Positions 27,548 to 35,462 of a stretch of DNA of 37,726 nt are shown here, piece by piece. Source of the DNA: Burkholderiaceae bacterium (GTDB taxonomy: Bacteria; Pseudomonadota; Gammaproteobacteria; Burkholderiales; Burkholderiaceae_C). The stretch lies in NCBI GenBank assembly GCA_036280035.1, contig DASURM010000171.1:1-37726 (forward strand), in the 5' to 3' direction. The notes under the pieces were generated by a model. It saw only the letters and a program-made list of their open reading frames with translations. It was not told the origin of the DNA and ran no database searches. Numbering within the stretch: position 1 is the stretch's first letter; each line of letters starts with the position of its first letter. The position numbers and the translations under genes are program-made.

Positions 27548-29010
27548 CGGGCCGACCCCGCGGCCTGGCCGAGCGGAACGAACAGACGAGGCCGCGGCAG
27601 CGCCTGAGCGCAGCTTGCGTCGACCTTCAGCGCAGCGTCGTCGTCGCGCGCCTCGATGAACCGTACCACCGCATCGCGCAGGCACGGCAATGCCATCACG
27701 CCATGGCCGGCGTTGGGCACCTCCGTGTGCCGAGCCTTCGGCCCCAGCGCGCGCGCGATCCGCTCACCGTGGCGCGGCGGCGTCGCCGGGTCCGCTGCGC
27801 CCGACAGCACCCAGGTCACCGCCGGCGCGGGTGGCGTGGTGTAGAAGCTCGCGGCCACGGCACCGCGCGGCCACGAGGCGCACGCCTGCTCGTACAGCCG
27901 TGCGAATGCGTCGCCGAACTGGGCGCCGGGGGCGCCGGGGGCCTGACCCAATCGCGGCACGTCTTCGGCGCACACCACCGAAAAGTGCATGCCGGTGTAC
28001 AGCGCCGCGCCCGGCCCCCTCATCGCCGAGGCCAGCCCCGTCAGCGCATCGAACCGGCCCGCCGCGGCATCGCCGATCGCCGCCGGCAGCACCGCCGCGA
28101 GCGCCGGCACGTACAGCGCCGAACGCACCATGCCCAGCACCTCGTCGCGCGTCAGTCGCACCGACTCGAGTCGGCCCGTCAGCGGGTCGGTCAACTCCAC
28201 CTGGCGCGGCAGCGCGTCGAGCACGCCTAGCCACAGCGCTCGCAGGCGCGGATGGCGGGCTCGACAGTCGACGTCGGCTGCACACCAGTCGAACAGGGCA
28301 TCGAGAGCGGCCTGGTTGTCGATCGAGAACGATGCCGGCAACACCATGTCGGCCGGCGCCACGCCGTCGAGCACGACCCGCCGCACCGCGCGCGGAAACA
28401 GTCGCATGTACTCCAGCGCTGCGCGCGTGCCGTACGACGCCCCCACGAGGTTGATGGTGGGCGCACCGAGTGCAGCGCGCACCGCCTCGACATCGGCCAT
28501 CGCGATCGACGTGGTGTAGCGGCGCAGGTCGCCGTAGGGCAGCTTCGTCAACTGCTCGCGGCACGAGGCCAGTTGCGCCAGCTGCCGCTGCGGGTCGAGC
28601 TGCCCGACCAGCGGGCGCAGCGCCTGGCGATCGCTCTCGCAGCGCAGCGGCGCGCTGCGGCCGGTACCCCGCTGATCGACGAACACCAGGTCGCGCCGAT
28701 TGTTCAGCCGCCCCAGCTGCGCGGCCACGGGGCCGGCGAGTTCGATCGCGCTCTGGCCCGGTCCGCCGGCGAAGAAGAACACCGCGTCCGCCAGCTTGTG
28801 CTGCGCCAGCGCAGGCAGCAGCGCGAAGTGCACGTCGATCTTCGTGCCGTCGGGCTGCGCCGGGTCGAGCACACGCCGCACGCTGCCGCACAGTGCGTCG
28901 TGGGTCACCCCCTCGAGCCGACACGGCGTCAGAGGGGCCGCCTGCGCGGCGGCCGCGAACGCCAGCCCGGTTAAGCCGACGGTCCAGCGCAAGCTCCACC
29001 GGGTCGTCAT
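27544..29010 (-). CDS. Secreted alpha/beta hydrolase (TAP-like / tripeptidyl-aminopeptidase-type)
   Basis: Signal peptide MTTRWSLRWTVGLTGLAFAAAAQA, then FFFAGGPGQSAIE, VDQRGTGRS, nucleophile elbow GASYG and C-terminal PNAGHGV. The upstream 295 codons of the ORF are a run-on. Confidence 0.85.
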   Translation of the reverse strand: MTTRWSLRWTVGLTGLAFAAAAQAAPLTPCRLEGVTHDALCGSVRRVLDPAQPDGTKIDVHFALLPALAQHKLADAVFFFAGGPGQSAIELAGPVAAQLGRLNNRRDLVFVDQRGTGRSAPLRCESDRQALRPLVGQLDPQRQLAQLASCREQLTKLPYGDLRRYTTSIAMADVEAVRAALGAPTINLVGASYGTRAALEYMRLFPRAVRRVVLDGVAPADMVLPASFSIDNQAALDALFDWCAADVDCRARHPRLRALWLGVLDALPRQVELTDPLTGRLESVRLTRDEVLGMVRSALYVPALAAVLPAAIGDAAAGRFDALTGLASAMRGPGAALYTGMHFSVVCAEDVPRLGQAPGAPGAQFGDAFARLYEQACASWPRGAVAASFYTTPPAPAVTWVLSGAADPATPPRHGERIARALGPKARHTEVPNAGHGVMALPCLRDAVVRFIEARDDDAALKVDASCAQALPRPRLFVPLGQAAGSAR

Positions 29011-29127
29011 CGCCGCGCATTGTCCACGGCTGACGCGGCGACGCGCGAGCATGCCCCGACGGCGCGCCGTGAATTCGGTCCGCGCTATGCTGCTTCGCAC
29101 CTTGCCACCCATCAGGAGATTCGACCG

Positions 29128-29736
29128 ATGAAGCTCTACTACAGCCCCGGGGCCTGTTCGCTGAGCCCACACATCGTGCTGCGCGAACTGGGGCTGCCGT
29201 TCGAAGCCGTGCTGGCCAGCACCAAGACGCACAAGCTGACCGACGGCACCGACTACTACGCCATCAACCCCAAGGGCTACGTGCCGTTGCTCGAACTCGA
29301 CGACGGCCAACGCCTCAGCGAAGGGCCGGCGATCGTTCAGTACCTGGCCGATCTGGCACCTGCCAAAGGCCTGGTCGCGCCGGCCGGCACGATGGCGCGC
29401 TATCGGCAGATGGAGTGGCTGAACTTCATCACCAGCGAGATTCACAAGTCGTACTCGCCGCTGTTCAACCCGGCGATGCCCGAGGAGGGCAAGGTGGTCT
29501 ACCGCAAGCGCCTGCGGGGCCGCTACGAATACCTGAATCAGCAGCTCGAAGGCCGCTCGTACCTGATGGGCGATGCCTTCTCGGTGGCCGACGCCTACCT
29601 GTTCACCGTGACCAAGTGGGCGCCGCACGTCTTCGTCGACATCACCGACCTCGCCCATGTGCAGGCATACCAGAAGCGCGTCGCGGCTCGCCCCGCGGTG
29701 CAGGAGGCGATGAAGGCCGAGGGCCTGCCCGGGTAG
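29128..29736 (+). CDS. Glutathione S-transferase (beta class, GstA-like)
   Basis: MKLYYSPGACSLSPHIVLRELGLPFE with the catalytic Cys/Ser region, and INPKGYVPLLELDDG. AGGAGA lies 8 nt upstream of ATG 29128. Confidence 0.9.
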   Translation: MKLYYSPGACSLSPHIVLRELGLPFEAVLASTKTHKLTDGTDYYAINPKGYVPLLELDDGQRLSEGPAIVQYLADLAPAKGLVAPAGTMARYRQMEWLNFITSEIHKSYSPLFNPAMPEEGKVVYRKRLRGRYEYLNQQLEGRSYLMGDAFSVADAYLFTVTKWAPHVFVDITDLAHVQAYQKRVAARPAVQEAMKAEGLPG

Positions 29737-29756
29737 CGTGCGGCCGGGGCGCCGGC

Positions 29757-31346
29757 TCAGGTGCTCGCCCTGGCTGCCGGCTGGAACGTGCGGCCGCAGG
29801 CTGCATGTTCGGCGGCGCCGTCGAGCTTGGCGCACACCGGCTCGAGCCGGCTGCGCAGACGGGCGACCACGGCGTCGTGCCGGCCGTCGCGGTTCCACTT
29901 CGCGAGCTGCTGATCCACGCGCGCCAGCGAGCGGGCGCTGCGGCCGTCGAACGCACCCCGGTCGAGCGCAGCCTGCTCGATCATGCTCCCGACCGCGTGC
30001 TCCAGCCGCGTCTCGTCATTCGGAGCCAGCTCGACCAGCGCGCTCACGTACTGCGCGCCCCATTGCAGGCGCGTGGCCGGCCCCTCGCTGCGGGCGAACG
30101 CCTGCTCGTACCAGCGCAGCGCCTCGTCGTTGCGGCCGAGCTTGCGCGCGTTGCCGGCGAGCTGACTCATCAGGTAGTACGGCGAGTGGCTCTTGGCCAG
30201 ATTGGCCTTCAGCAGCGCGTCGGACTCGGCCCACAGCCCCGCCTGGCCGAGGATGTACGCCGCCGCCGTGACCACCGCCTGGCGCTCGTAGCCGTCGGCG
30301 ACTTCGCGGTCGGCCGCCGTGCTGGCGTCGCGCACCTGCTTCAACAGCGGCGCCGGCATGCGCGGGTGGCGCTCGGCCCTCTGCCGGTCGATGCGCGCGA
30401 GGTCGACGCGCGCGCCCAGCGCGGTCAGGCGGTCGGCGCGCGATAGCGTGGCATCGGCCTGCAGGCGCTGCAGCGCGACATCGAACGCGCTGGCGATGGC
30501 CTTGCGGTCGGCGCTGCCGGGAGTCGACAGCGCTTTCGTGATCTCGGAGGCGTAGTTGGTCAGCACGTCCATCTGCGCGCGCGCGACCAACGGGTCGGCC
30601 AGCCAGCCGCGCACGCGCTGGCGCAGCGCGGCGTCGGGCTTCACCCCCTTGCCGTCGTCGCTGTCGGCCAGCGCCTTTAGCATCAGGCGGGTCGCGCTGG
30701 CGGCCTCGCCGCTCGGGCACGCGGTCGACAGGCTCGCCAGCACTCCCGGCCGCTGGGCCGGCGGCAACAGCTGCGCCTCGTCGTTGATCCACGAATAGAA
30801 CGCCAGCATTCGCCACTCGGCGCCGGGCAGCGGCTTGCCGGCGCGGGCGTCGGCCAGCACGTCCTTGGCGGCGCGGCCCCCGGCCAGTCCGAACTCCAGC
30901 AACCGCAGCACCTGTGGCGGGTCGGCCTCGCCGGGCAGCCGCACCAGCTCGCTGCCGTCGTTTCGCATCAGCACCATCGTCGGATAGCCGCTGACCTTGA
31001 AGCGCGAGCCCAGCTTCTGCGCGCCTGGCAGATCGCCATCGATGTCCACCGCGACCAGCGACTTGCTGCGCTCGATGAAATCGTGGCGGTTGAACAGCGT
31101 GGCCTTCAGCTGGTTGCACGGCGGGCACCACTTGGCGCCCCAGTACAACAGCACCGGTTTGTCACCGGCGCGGGCCTGCGCGAACGCGCGCTCGATGTCG
31201 GCGTCGTTGGCCGCGGGCTGCCAGGCCACGCCGTCGACGGCAGCGCGGGCCGTGCCGGCCAGGCTCAGGGCGAGGCAGGCCGCAAGTCCGAACCGGTGCG
31301 CCGCGGCGAGCCCGCGGCCGGCAATGGCGGCGATCGGTATACGCAT
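29757..31346 (-). CDS. Exported thioredoxin-fold protein with WCPPC motif and a long helical C-terminal domain
   Basis: Signal peptide-like N-terminus (MRIPIAAIAG...LAGTARA), VLLYWGAKWCPPCNQLKATLF, and a repeat-like helical C-terminal region of about 350 aa. The start could be 31346 or 31355. Confidence 0.75.
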   Translation of the reverse strand: MRIPIAAIAGRGLAAAHRFGLAACLALSLAGTARAAVDGVAWQPAANDADIERAFAQARAGDKPVLLYWGAKWCPPCNQLKATLFNRHDFIERSKSLVAVDIDGDLPGAQKLGSRFKVSGYPTMVLMRNDGSELVRLPGEADPPQVLRLLEFGLAGGRAAKDVLADARAGKPLPGAEWRMLAFYSWINDEAQLLPPAQRPGVLASLSTACPSGEAASATRLMLKALADSDDGKGVKPDAALRQRVRGWLADPLVARAQMDVLTNYASEITKALSTPGSADRKAIASAFDVALQRLQADATLSRADRLTALGARVDLARIDRQRAERHPRMPAPLLKQVRDASTAADREVADGYERQAVVTAAAYILGQAGLWAESDALLKANLAKSHSPYYLMSQLAGNARKLGRNDEALRWYEQAFARSEGPATRLQWGAQYVSALVELAPNDETRLEHAVGSMIEQAALDRGAFDGRSARSLARVDQQLAKWNRDGRHDAVVARLRSRLEPVCAKLDGAAEHAACGRTFQPAARAST

Positions 31347-31418
31347 GCCGGGCATTGTGCGCGGGACACGCGGTCTGCGCACGCCTGCCGCCGGGGGTTC
31401 GGCGACCTCGGCCGCGCG

Positions 31419-31435
31419 TATCGCGGTTCGCGATA
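31419..31435. promoter_or_regulatory. Perfect 7-3-7 palindrome in the divergent thioredoxin-like / terC intergenic region
   Basis: TATCGCG-GTT-CGCGATA lies 61 nt upstream of the terC-family ATG. It could be an operator or a 5'-UTR hairpin. Confidence 0.35.
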
Positions 31436-31495
31436 TCGGCGCCGGCCATCGGGCGGCAGAATCGCCGCCGGCCCTGCCGGGCCCGAGGGATCCTC

Positions 31496-32284
31496 ATGGC
31501 CGAGCTGCTGATCGACCCGCAGACCTGGATCGCGTTGGCGACGCTGACCGCACTGGAACTGGTGCTGGGCATCGACAACATCGTCTTCATCTCGATCCTG
31601 GTCGACAAGCTGCCGCCGGCGCAGCGCGAGACGGCGCGGCGCATCGGCCTGGCGATGGCGATGTTCATGCGCATCGGCCTGCTGCTGGTGCTGGCCTGGA
31701 TCGTCGGTTTGGTGGCGCCGCTGTTCACGCTGCTCGGGCAGGAGATCTCCGGGCGCGATCTGATCCTGATCGTCGGCGGGCTGTTCCTGATCTGGAAGAG
31801 CACCAGCGAGATCCACCAGTCGCTCGAAGGCGAGGAAGGCCGCGCATCCAGCGTCGTGAAGGCCACGTTCGCGGCGGTGATCGTCCAGATCATGCTGATC
31901 GACATCGTGTTCTCGCTCGACTCGATCATCACCGCGGTGGGCATGGTCAGCCGGGTCGAGGTGATGGTGGCCGCGGTCGTGCTGAGCGTGGTGCTGATGA
32001 TGTGGTTCGCCGGCCCGATCGGTCGCTTCGTGTCGAACCACCCGACGATCAAGATGCTGGCGCTGTCGTTCCTGGTGGTGATCGGCGTGGTGCTGATCGC
32101 CGAAGGCTTCGACCACCGCGTGCCCAAGGGCTACGTCTATTTCGCGATGGCGTTCTCGGTGTGCGTCGAGCTGCTCAACATCCGCACCCGCCGGCGCGCC
32201 GCCCGGCCGGCGCACCTGCACGCCGCCTACGCCGCGCAACCGGAGCGGGACGACGGCGTGCCGCGCCGAGCCGACGTTTCATAG
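31496..32284 (+). CDS. TerC-family integral membrane protein
   Basis: LELVLGIDNIVFISILV and a second LIDIVFSLDSIITAVG repeat, typical of TerC/Alx/YoaE-type proteins. GAGGGA lies upstream of ATG 31496. Confidence 0.85.
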   Translation: MAELLIDPQTWIALATLTALELVLGIDNIVFISILVDKLPPAQRETARRIGLAMAMFMRIGLLLVLAWIVGLVAPLFTLLGQEISGRDLILIVGGLFLIWKSTSEIHQSLEGEEGRASSVVKATFAAVIVQIMLIDIVFSLDSIITAVGMVSRVEVMVAAVVLSVVLMMWFAGPIGRFVSNHPTIKMLALSFLVVIGVVLIAEGFDHRVPKGYVYFAMAFSVCVELLNIRTRRRAARPAHLHAAYAAQPERDDGVPRRADVS

Positions 32285-33016
32285 TTAGTCGGCGCCGGGT
32301 GGCGCGCCGAGCCAGGCTTGCGACTCGTCGTCGAGCGGTTCGGGCGTGGCGCGCGCCAGCGCCATCCAGACGGCGAATGGCAACTTCAGTGGCCGCTTCG
32401 GCGCCGGTCGCAGCACCTCGAGCGCCGCCTCGCGCGCCACCATCACGCCGTACTCGACGGGAATCTCGTCGGGCTCGCCGATGCCCTCGCGCAGCACGTA
32501 CCAGCACTGGCTGCTGTTGTGCAGGTAGGCCTGCCCCTTCTCGGGTCGGCGCAGATCCGACAGCAGGTCGGCGCGCCGAACCTTGACCTCGTGCGCCACC
32601 GGCTCGACGTAGTCTTCCACCGTGGTGTGGCGGATCGAATACACGTCGGGCAGCCCGATCGCCCACGCCGCCTCGTCGCCGGCGCCCACCTTGGCGCGCA
32701 GCGCCAGACCGCGCCACACCACGCGGCCGGCGCTCTGCATCTCGCGCGCAACCCGCGCCACCAGCGCCTCGTGGGCATCGCGCGCCGCGCGGTTGCGCTG
32801 CAGCGTGGCGGCCAGCACCGCGATGCCGGCGTCGGTGACGCGCAGCGATTCGCGGCCGCCGGCGTCGCGCTGGCGCTGCAGCAAGCCGGACGCCAGCAGC
32901 TCGACCTCGATCAGATCCTGGCACGGCCAGCCGGCCGAGCGCCAGACTTCACGCAGCCGGCGGCGGTGCGGCGCGTCGAGGGCGCGCGGCAGCGCGCCGG
33001 GCAGCGGCTCGCCCAT
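32285..33016 (-). CDS. Hypothetical protein with PD-(D/E)xK nuclease-like motif
   Basis: GLPDVYSIRHTTVEDYVEPVAHEVKVRRADLLSDL resembles a PD...ExK core. Third-position GC is high. The gene starts 4 nt after the Crp-like gene stop. I do not recognise the family with confidence. Confidence 0.55.
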   Translation of the reverse strand: MGEPLPGALPRALDAPHRRRLREVWRSAGWPCQDLIEVELLASGLLQRQRDAGGRESLRVTDAGIAVLAATLQRNRAARDAHEALVARVAREMQSAGRVVWRGLALRAKVGAGDEAAWAIGLPDVYSIRHTTVEDYVEPVAHEVKVRRADLLSDLRRPEKGQAYLHNSSQCWYVLREGIGEPDEIPVEYGVMVAREAALEVLRPAPKRPLKLPFAVWMALARATPEPLDDESQAWLGAPPGAD

Positions 33017-33020
33017 GGCC

Positions 33021-33680
33021 TCACCAGCGCTTGGGCAACGGCTTGCGCAGCACGATGCGCTCGCGGCTGGCCTCGATGTAGCCGCCGGCCGCCAGGTCTT
33101 GCAGGATGCGGTTGATCATGCTGCGCGACGCGCCCACCCGATCGGCGATCTTCTGCTGGCTGAGCGGCCCGGGCACCACGCGCACGCCATCTTCGTCGCG
33201 CGCCAGTTCGCCGAACAGCCGCGCGACGCGGCCGTAGACATCCATCGACACCAGCCCCTGCACGTTGCGGCTGAGTTGGCGCACGCGATCGATCAGGTGC
33301 TGGATCACGTGGAACGCCAGCGCCGGCTGCGCCGCCAGCGCCTGCTCGAACTCCGCGCGCGTGATCATCGTCAGCTTCGCCTTCGAGGTGGTCTGCACGG
33401 TGGCTGTGCGCGCCTGGCTGCCGAGCATCAGCTCACCGAAGTACTCGCCCGCGCCCAAGGTGTTCAGCTCGACTTCCTTGCCCTCCTCGTCGGACACGAA
33501 GACGCGCAGCGTGCCCTCGTGGATCAGGTACATCGACAGCGCCGGCTCGCCCTCGGTAACGACGATCGTGCCCTTCGCGTACGCCCGGGTGTGGCCAAGC
33601 GCCGCCAGCGCGCCGAGCAATTCCTCGGGCAGCGTGCTGGCCGTCGCGGCCGGGCCTGGCAAAGCTCCCACGGCGCGCAT
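33021..33680 (-). CDS. Crp/Fnr-family transcriptional regulator (cNMP-binding domain plus HTH)
   Basis: cNMP-binding motif GAGEYFGELMLGSQARTATV and C-terminal HTH SQQKIADRVGASRSMINRILQDL. Confidence 0.9.
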   Translation of the reverse strand: MRAVGALPGPAATASTLPEELLGALAALGHTRAYAKGTIVVTEGEPALSMYLIHEGTLRVFVSDEEGKEVELNTLGAGEYFGELMLGSQARTATVQTTSKAKLTMITRAEFEQALAAQPALAFHVIQHLIDRVRQLSRNVQGLVSMDVYGRVARLFGELARDEDGVRVVPGPLSQQKIADRVGASRSMINRILQDLAAGGYIEASRERIVLRKPLPKRW

Positions 33681-33710
33681 GATGCCGCATGCGCGGCGCC
33701 GCGCGCAGCC

Positions 33711-34832
33711 TCAAACGCCGTGTATTCGCATCGCCGCCACCGGCCGCTGGAAGCCTTTGAGCTGGATGTCGCCTCGCGGCTCGGTGTCGAAGCCGCCGCC
33801 GAGCGCCGCCACCACCCGCTGCGACACCAGCACCTCGCCGCCCGCGGCTTCGGCGCACAGCCGTGCCGCCAGGTTGGTCACGGTGCCGATCGCGCCGTAG
33901 TCGATGCGACCCTCGAACCCGATCGCCCCGATGGTGGCGAAGCCCATCGCGATGCCCACGCCCATGCTGAGCGCATAGCCGCGCCGCTGCCAGCCCTCGG
34001 CCAGTCGCGCCACCTCGGCCTGCATCCGCAACGCCATGCGCACCGCGCGCGGCGCCGCGTCGGGCATCGGCAGCGGGTCGTTGAAGAACACCATGATGCC
34101 GTCGCCGGTGAAGCGTTCGAGCGTGCCTTCGTGCTCGAGGATCAGCCGGCCCATCGCGGCGTGGTACTCGCGCAGCACACCCATCACCTCTTCGGGGTCG
34201 GCGGTCTCGGTGAACGCGGTGAAGCCGCGCAGGTCGAGAAACACCACGGTGATCTCGCGGCGGTGACTCTGCAGCGGGTCGTTGGTGTCGCCGCCGACGA
34301 TCGCCTGCGCGAGCTGCGGCGAGAAGAAGCGCTTCAACCGCCCCACCCGCTCGAGCTGCGCCACGCCGTCTGCCACCCGCTGCTCGAGCGTGCGGTTCCA
34401 CTGCGCCAGTTCGGCCTTCTGGCGCTGGATCTCGTCGTGAAAGGCCTTGATGCGCAGCAGCGAGCGCACCCGCGCCAGCAGCTCGGCCTGGTTGACCGGC
34501 TTGCTCAGGAAGTCGTCGGCGCCGGCCTCGATGCCTTTGACGCGCTCCTGGTCCGGGTCGAGCGCGGTCACCAGCACCACCGGCAGCATCGCGCTGCGCG
34601 CGTCGGCGCGGATCGCGCGGCATACCGAGTAGCCGTCGAGCCCCGGCATCATCACGTCGAGCAGCACCAGGTCGGGCGGCTCGGCGCCGATCGCCTGCAG
34701 CGCGGCTTGCCCCGACAGCGCCTTGCTGGTGCGGTAGCCCTTGGCCGCCAGCACGTCGGCCAGCAGACGGGCGTTCTTCTCGACGTCGTCGACCACCAGG
34801 ATGTGCGGGCCCGCCGGCCGCTCGGCGCTCAC
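33711..34832 (-). CDS. Response-regulator receiver fused to a class III adenylate/guanylate cyclase
   Basis: REC motifs ILVVDDVEKN and LVLLDVMMPGLDG. Cyclase motifs ITVVFLDLRGFTAF and ERFTGDGIMVFF. GTG 34830-34832 overlaps the upstream stop (GTGA). Confidence 0.9.
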   Translation of the reverse strand: MSAERPAGPHILVVDDVEKNARLLADVLAAKGYRTSKALSGQAALQAIGAEPPDLVLLDVMMPGLDGYSVCRAIRADARSAMLPVVLVTALDPDQERVKGIEAGADDFLSKPVNQAELLARVRSLLRIKAFHDEIQRQKAELAQWNRTLEQRVADGVAQLERVGRLKRFFSPQLAQAIVGGDTNDPLQSHRREITVVFLDLRGFTAFTETADPEEVMGVLREYHAAMGRLILEHEGTLERFTGDGIMVFFNDPLPMPDAAPRAVRMALRMQAEVARLAEGWQRRGYALSMGVGIAMGFATIGAIGFEGRIDYGAIGTVTNLAARLCAEAAGGEVLVSQRVVAALGGGFDTEPRGDIQLKGFQRPVAAMRIHGV

Positions 34833-35209
34833 TTGGCCCTTCCCTCGGTCAGCGCCTTGTTCACCGCGGCGAGAAACGGCTTGATCGAGATCGGCTTGGC
34901 GATGAAGCCGTCGAAGCCCGAGCGCACGATGCGCTGCTGCTCGTCTGGCATCACCGAGGCCGACACCGCGAGCACCGGCATCGCGTCGAGCGACGCGTCT
35001 TCGCGGATGCGCGCCAGCACCGTTGCGCCGTCGATGCCGGGCAACTGGATGTCCATCAGCACGAGGTCGGGTCGTGCGCTCAGCGCCAGCGCAAGACCCG
35101 CTTCGCCGGTGTCGGCTTCCAGCGTGTGGTGCCCGTGGTGCCGCAGCAGATCGCGCACCAGCTTCATGTTCTTCGCGTTGTCTTCGACGATCAAGATGGT
35201 CTTGGGCAT
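34829..35209 (-). CDS. Single-domain response regulator (CheY-like)
   Basis: MPKTILIVEDNAKNMKL, LVLMDIQLPGIDG and FIAKPI. GAGG lies 6 nt upstream of ATG 35207-35209. Confidence 0.9.
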   Translation of the reverse strand: MPKTILIVEDNAKNMKLVRDLLRHHGHHTLEADTGEAGLALALSARPDLVLMDIQLPGIDGATVLARIREDASLDAMPVLAVSASVMPDEQQRIVRSGFDGFIAKPISIKPFLAAVNKALTEGRAK

Positions 35210-35241
35210 TGAGGGCCTCGCTGGATCTGCGACGTCTGAGG

Positions 35242-35462
35242 TCACTCGATCACCTCGTTGGCGCGCAGCAGCAGCGAGCGCGGGATCGCGATACCCAGTT
35301 GGCGCTGGCTTCGGCACGCGGCCCCGCCATGTCGGCCGGCGGCGTGTTGCGCGCGAGGATCGCGATGCGCGGCAGCGCTCGCGCGGGCTGCGCGGCGACG
35401 CGCATCGCCGCCGTCGCCAACGCAGCGGCGGCGACGAAGACGGCGCTACGCCGGCGCGTCAC
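35242..35462 (-). pseudogene. Collapsed remnant of an ABC_sub_bind-type periplasmic binding-protein gene
   Basis: GTG 35460-35462 overlaps the kinase stop (GTGA). The ORF encodes a signal peptide plus PRIAILA (VTRRRSAVFVAAAALATAAMRVAAQPARALPRIAILA). About 20 codons later a +1 frame reads QLGIAIPRSLLLRANEVIE-stop, which is the usual C-terminus of that family. The roughly 250 central codons are missing. Confidence 0.4.

Noticed and set aside
31383-31495. yybP-ykoY (Mn) riboswitch upstream of the TerC-family gene
   Set aside because: I looked for it because of the known association, but I could not find the conserved GGGGAGUAG / UUGACA-type cores by eye. This needs an Infernal scan to be definitive.
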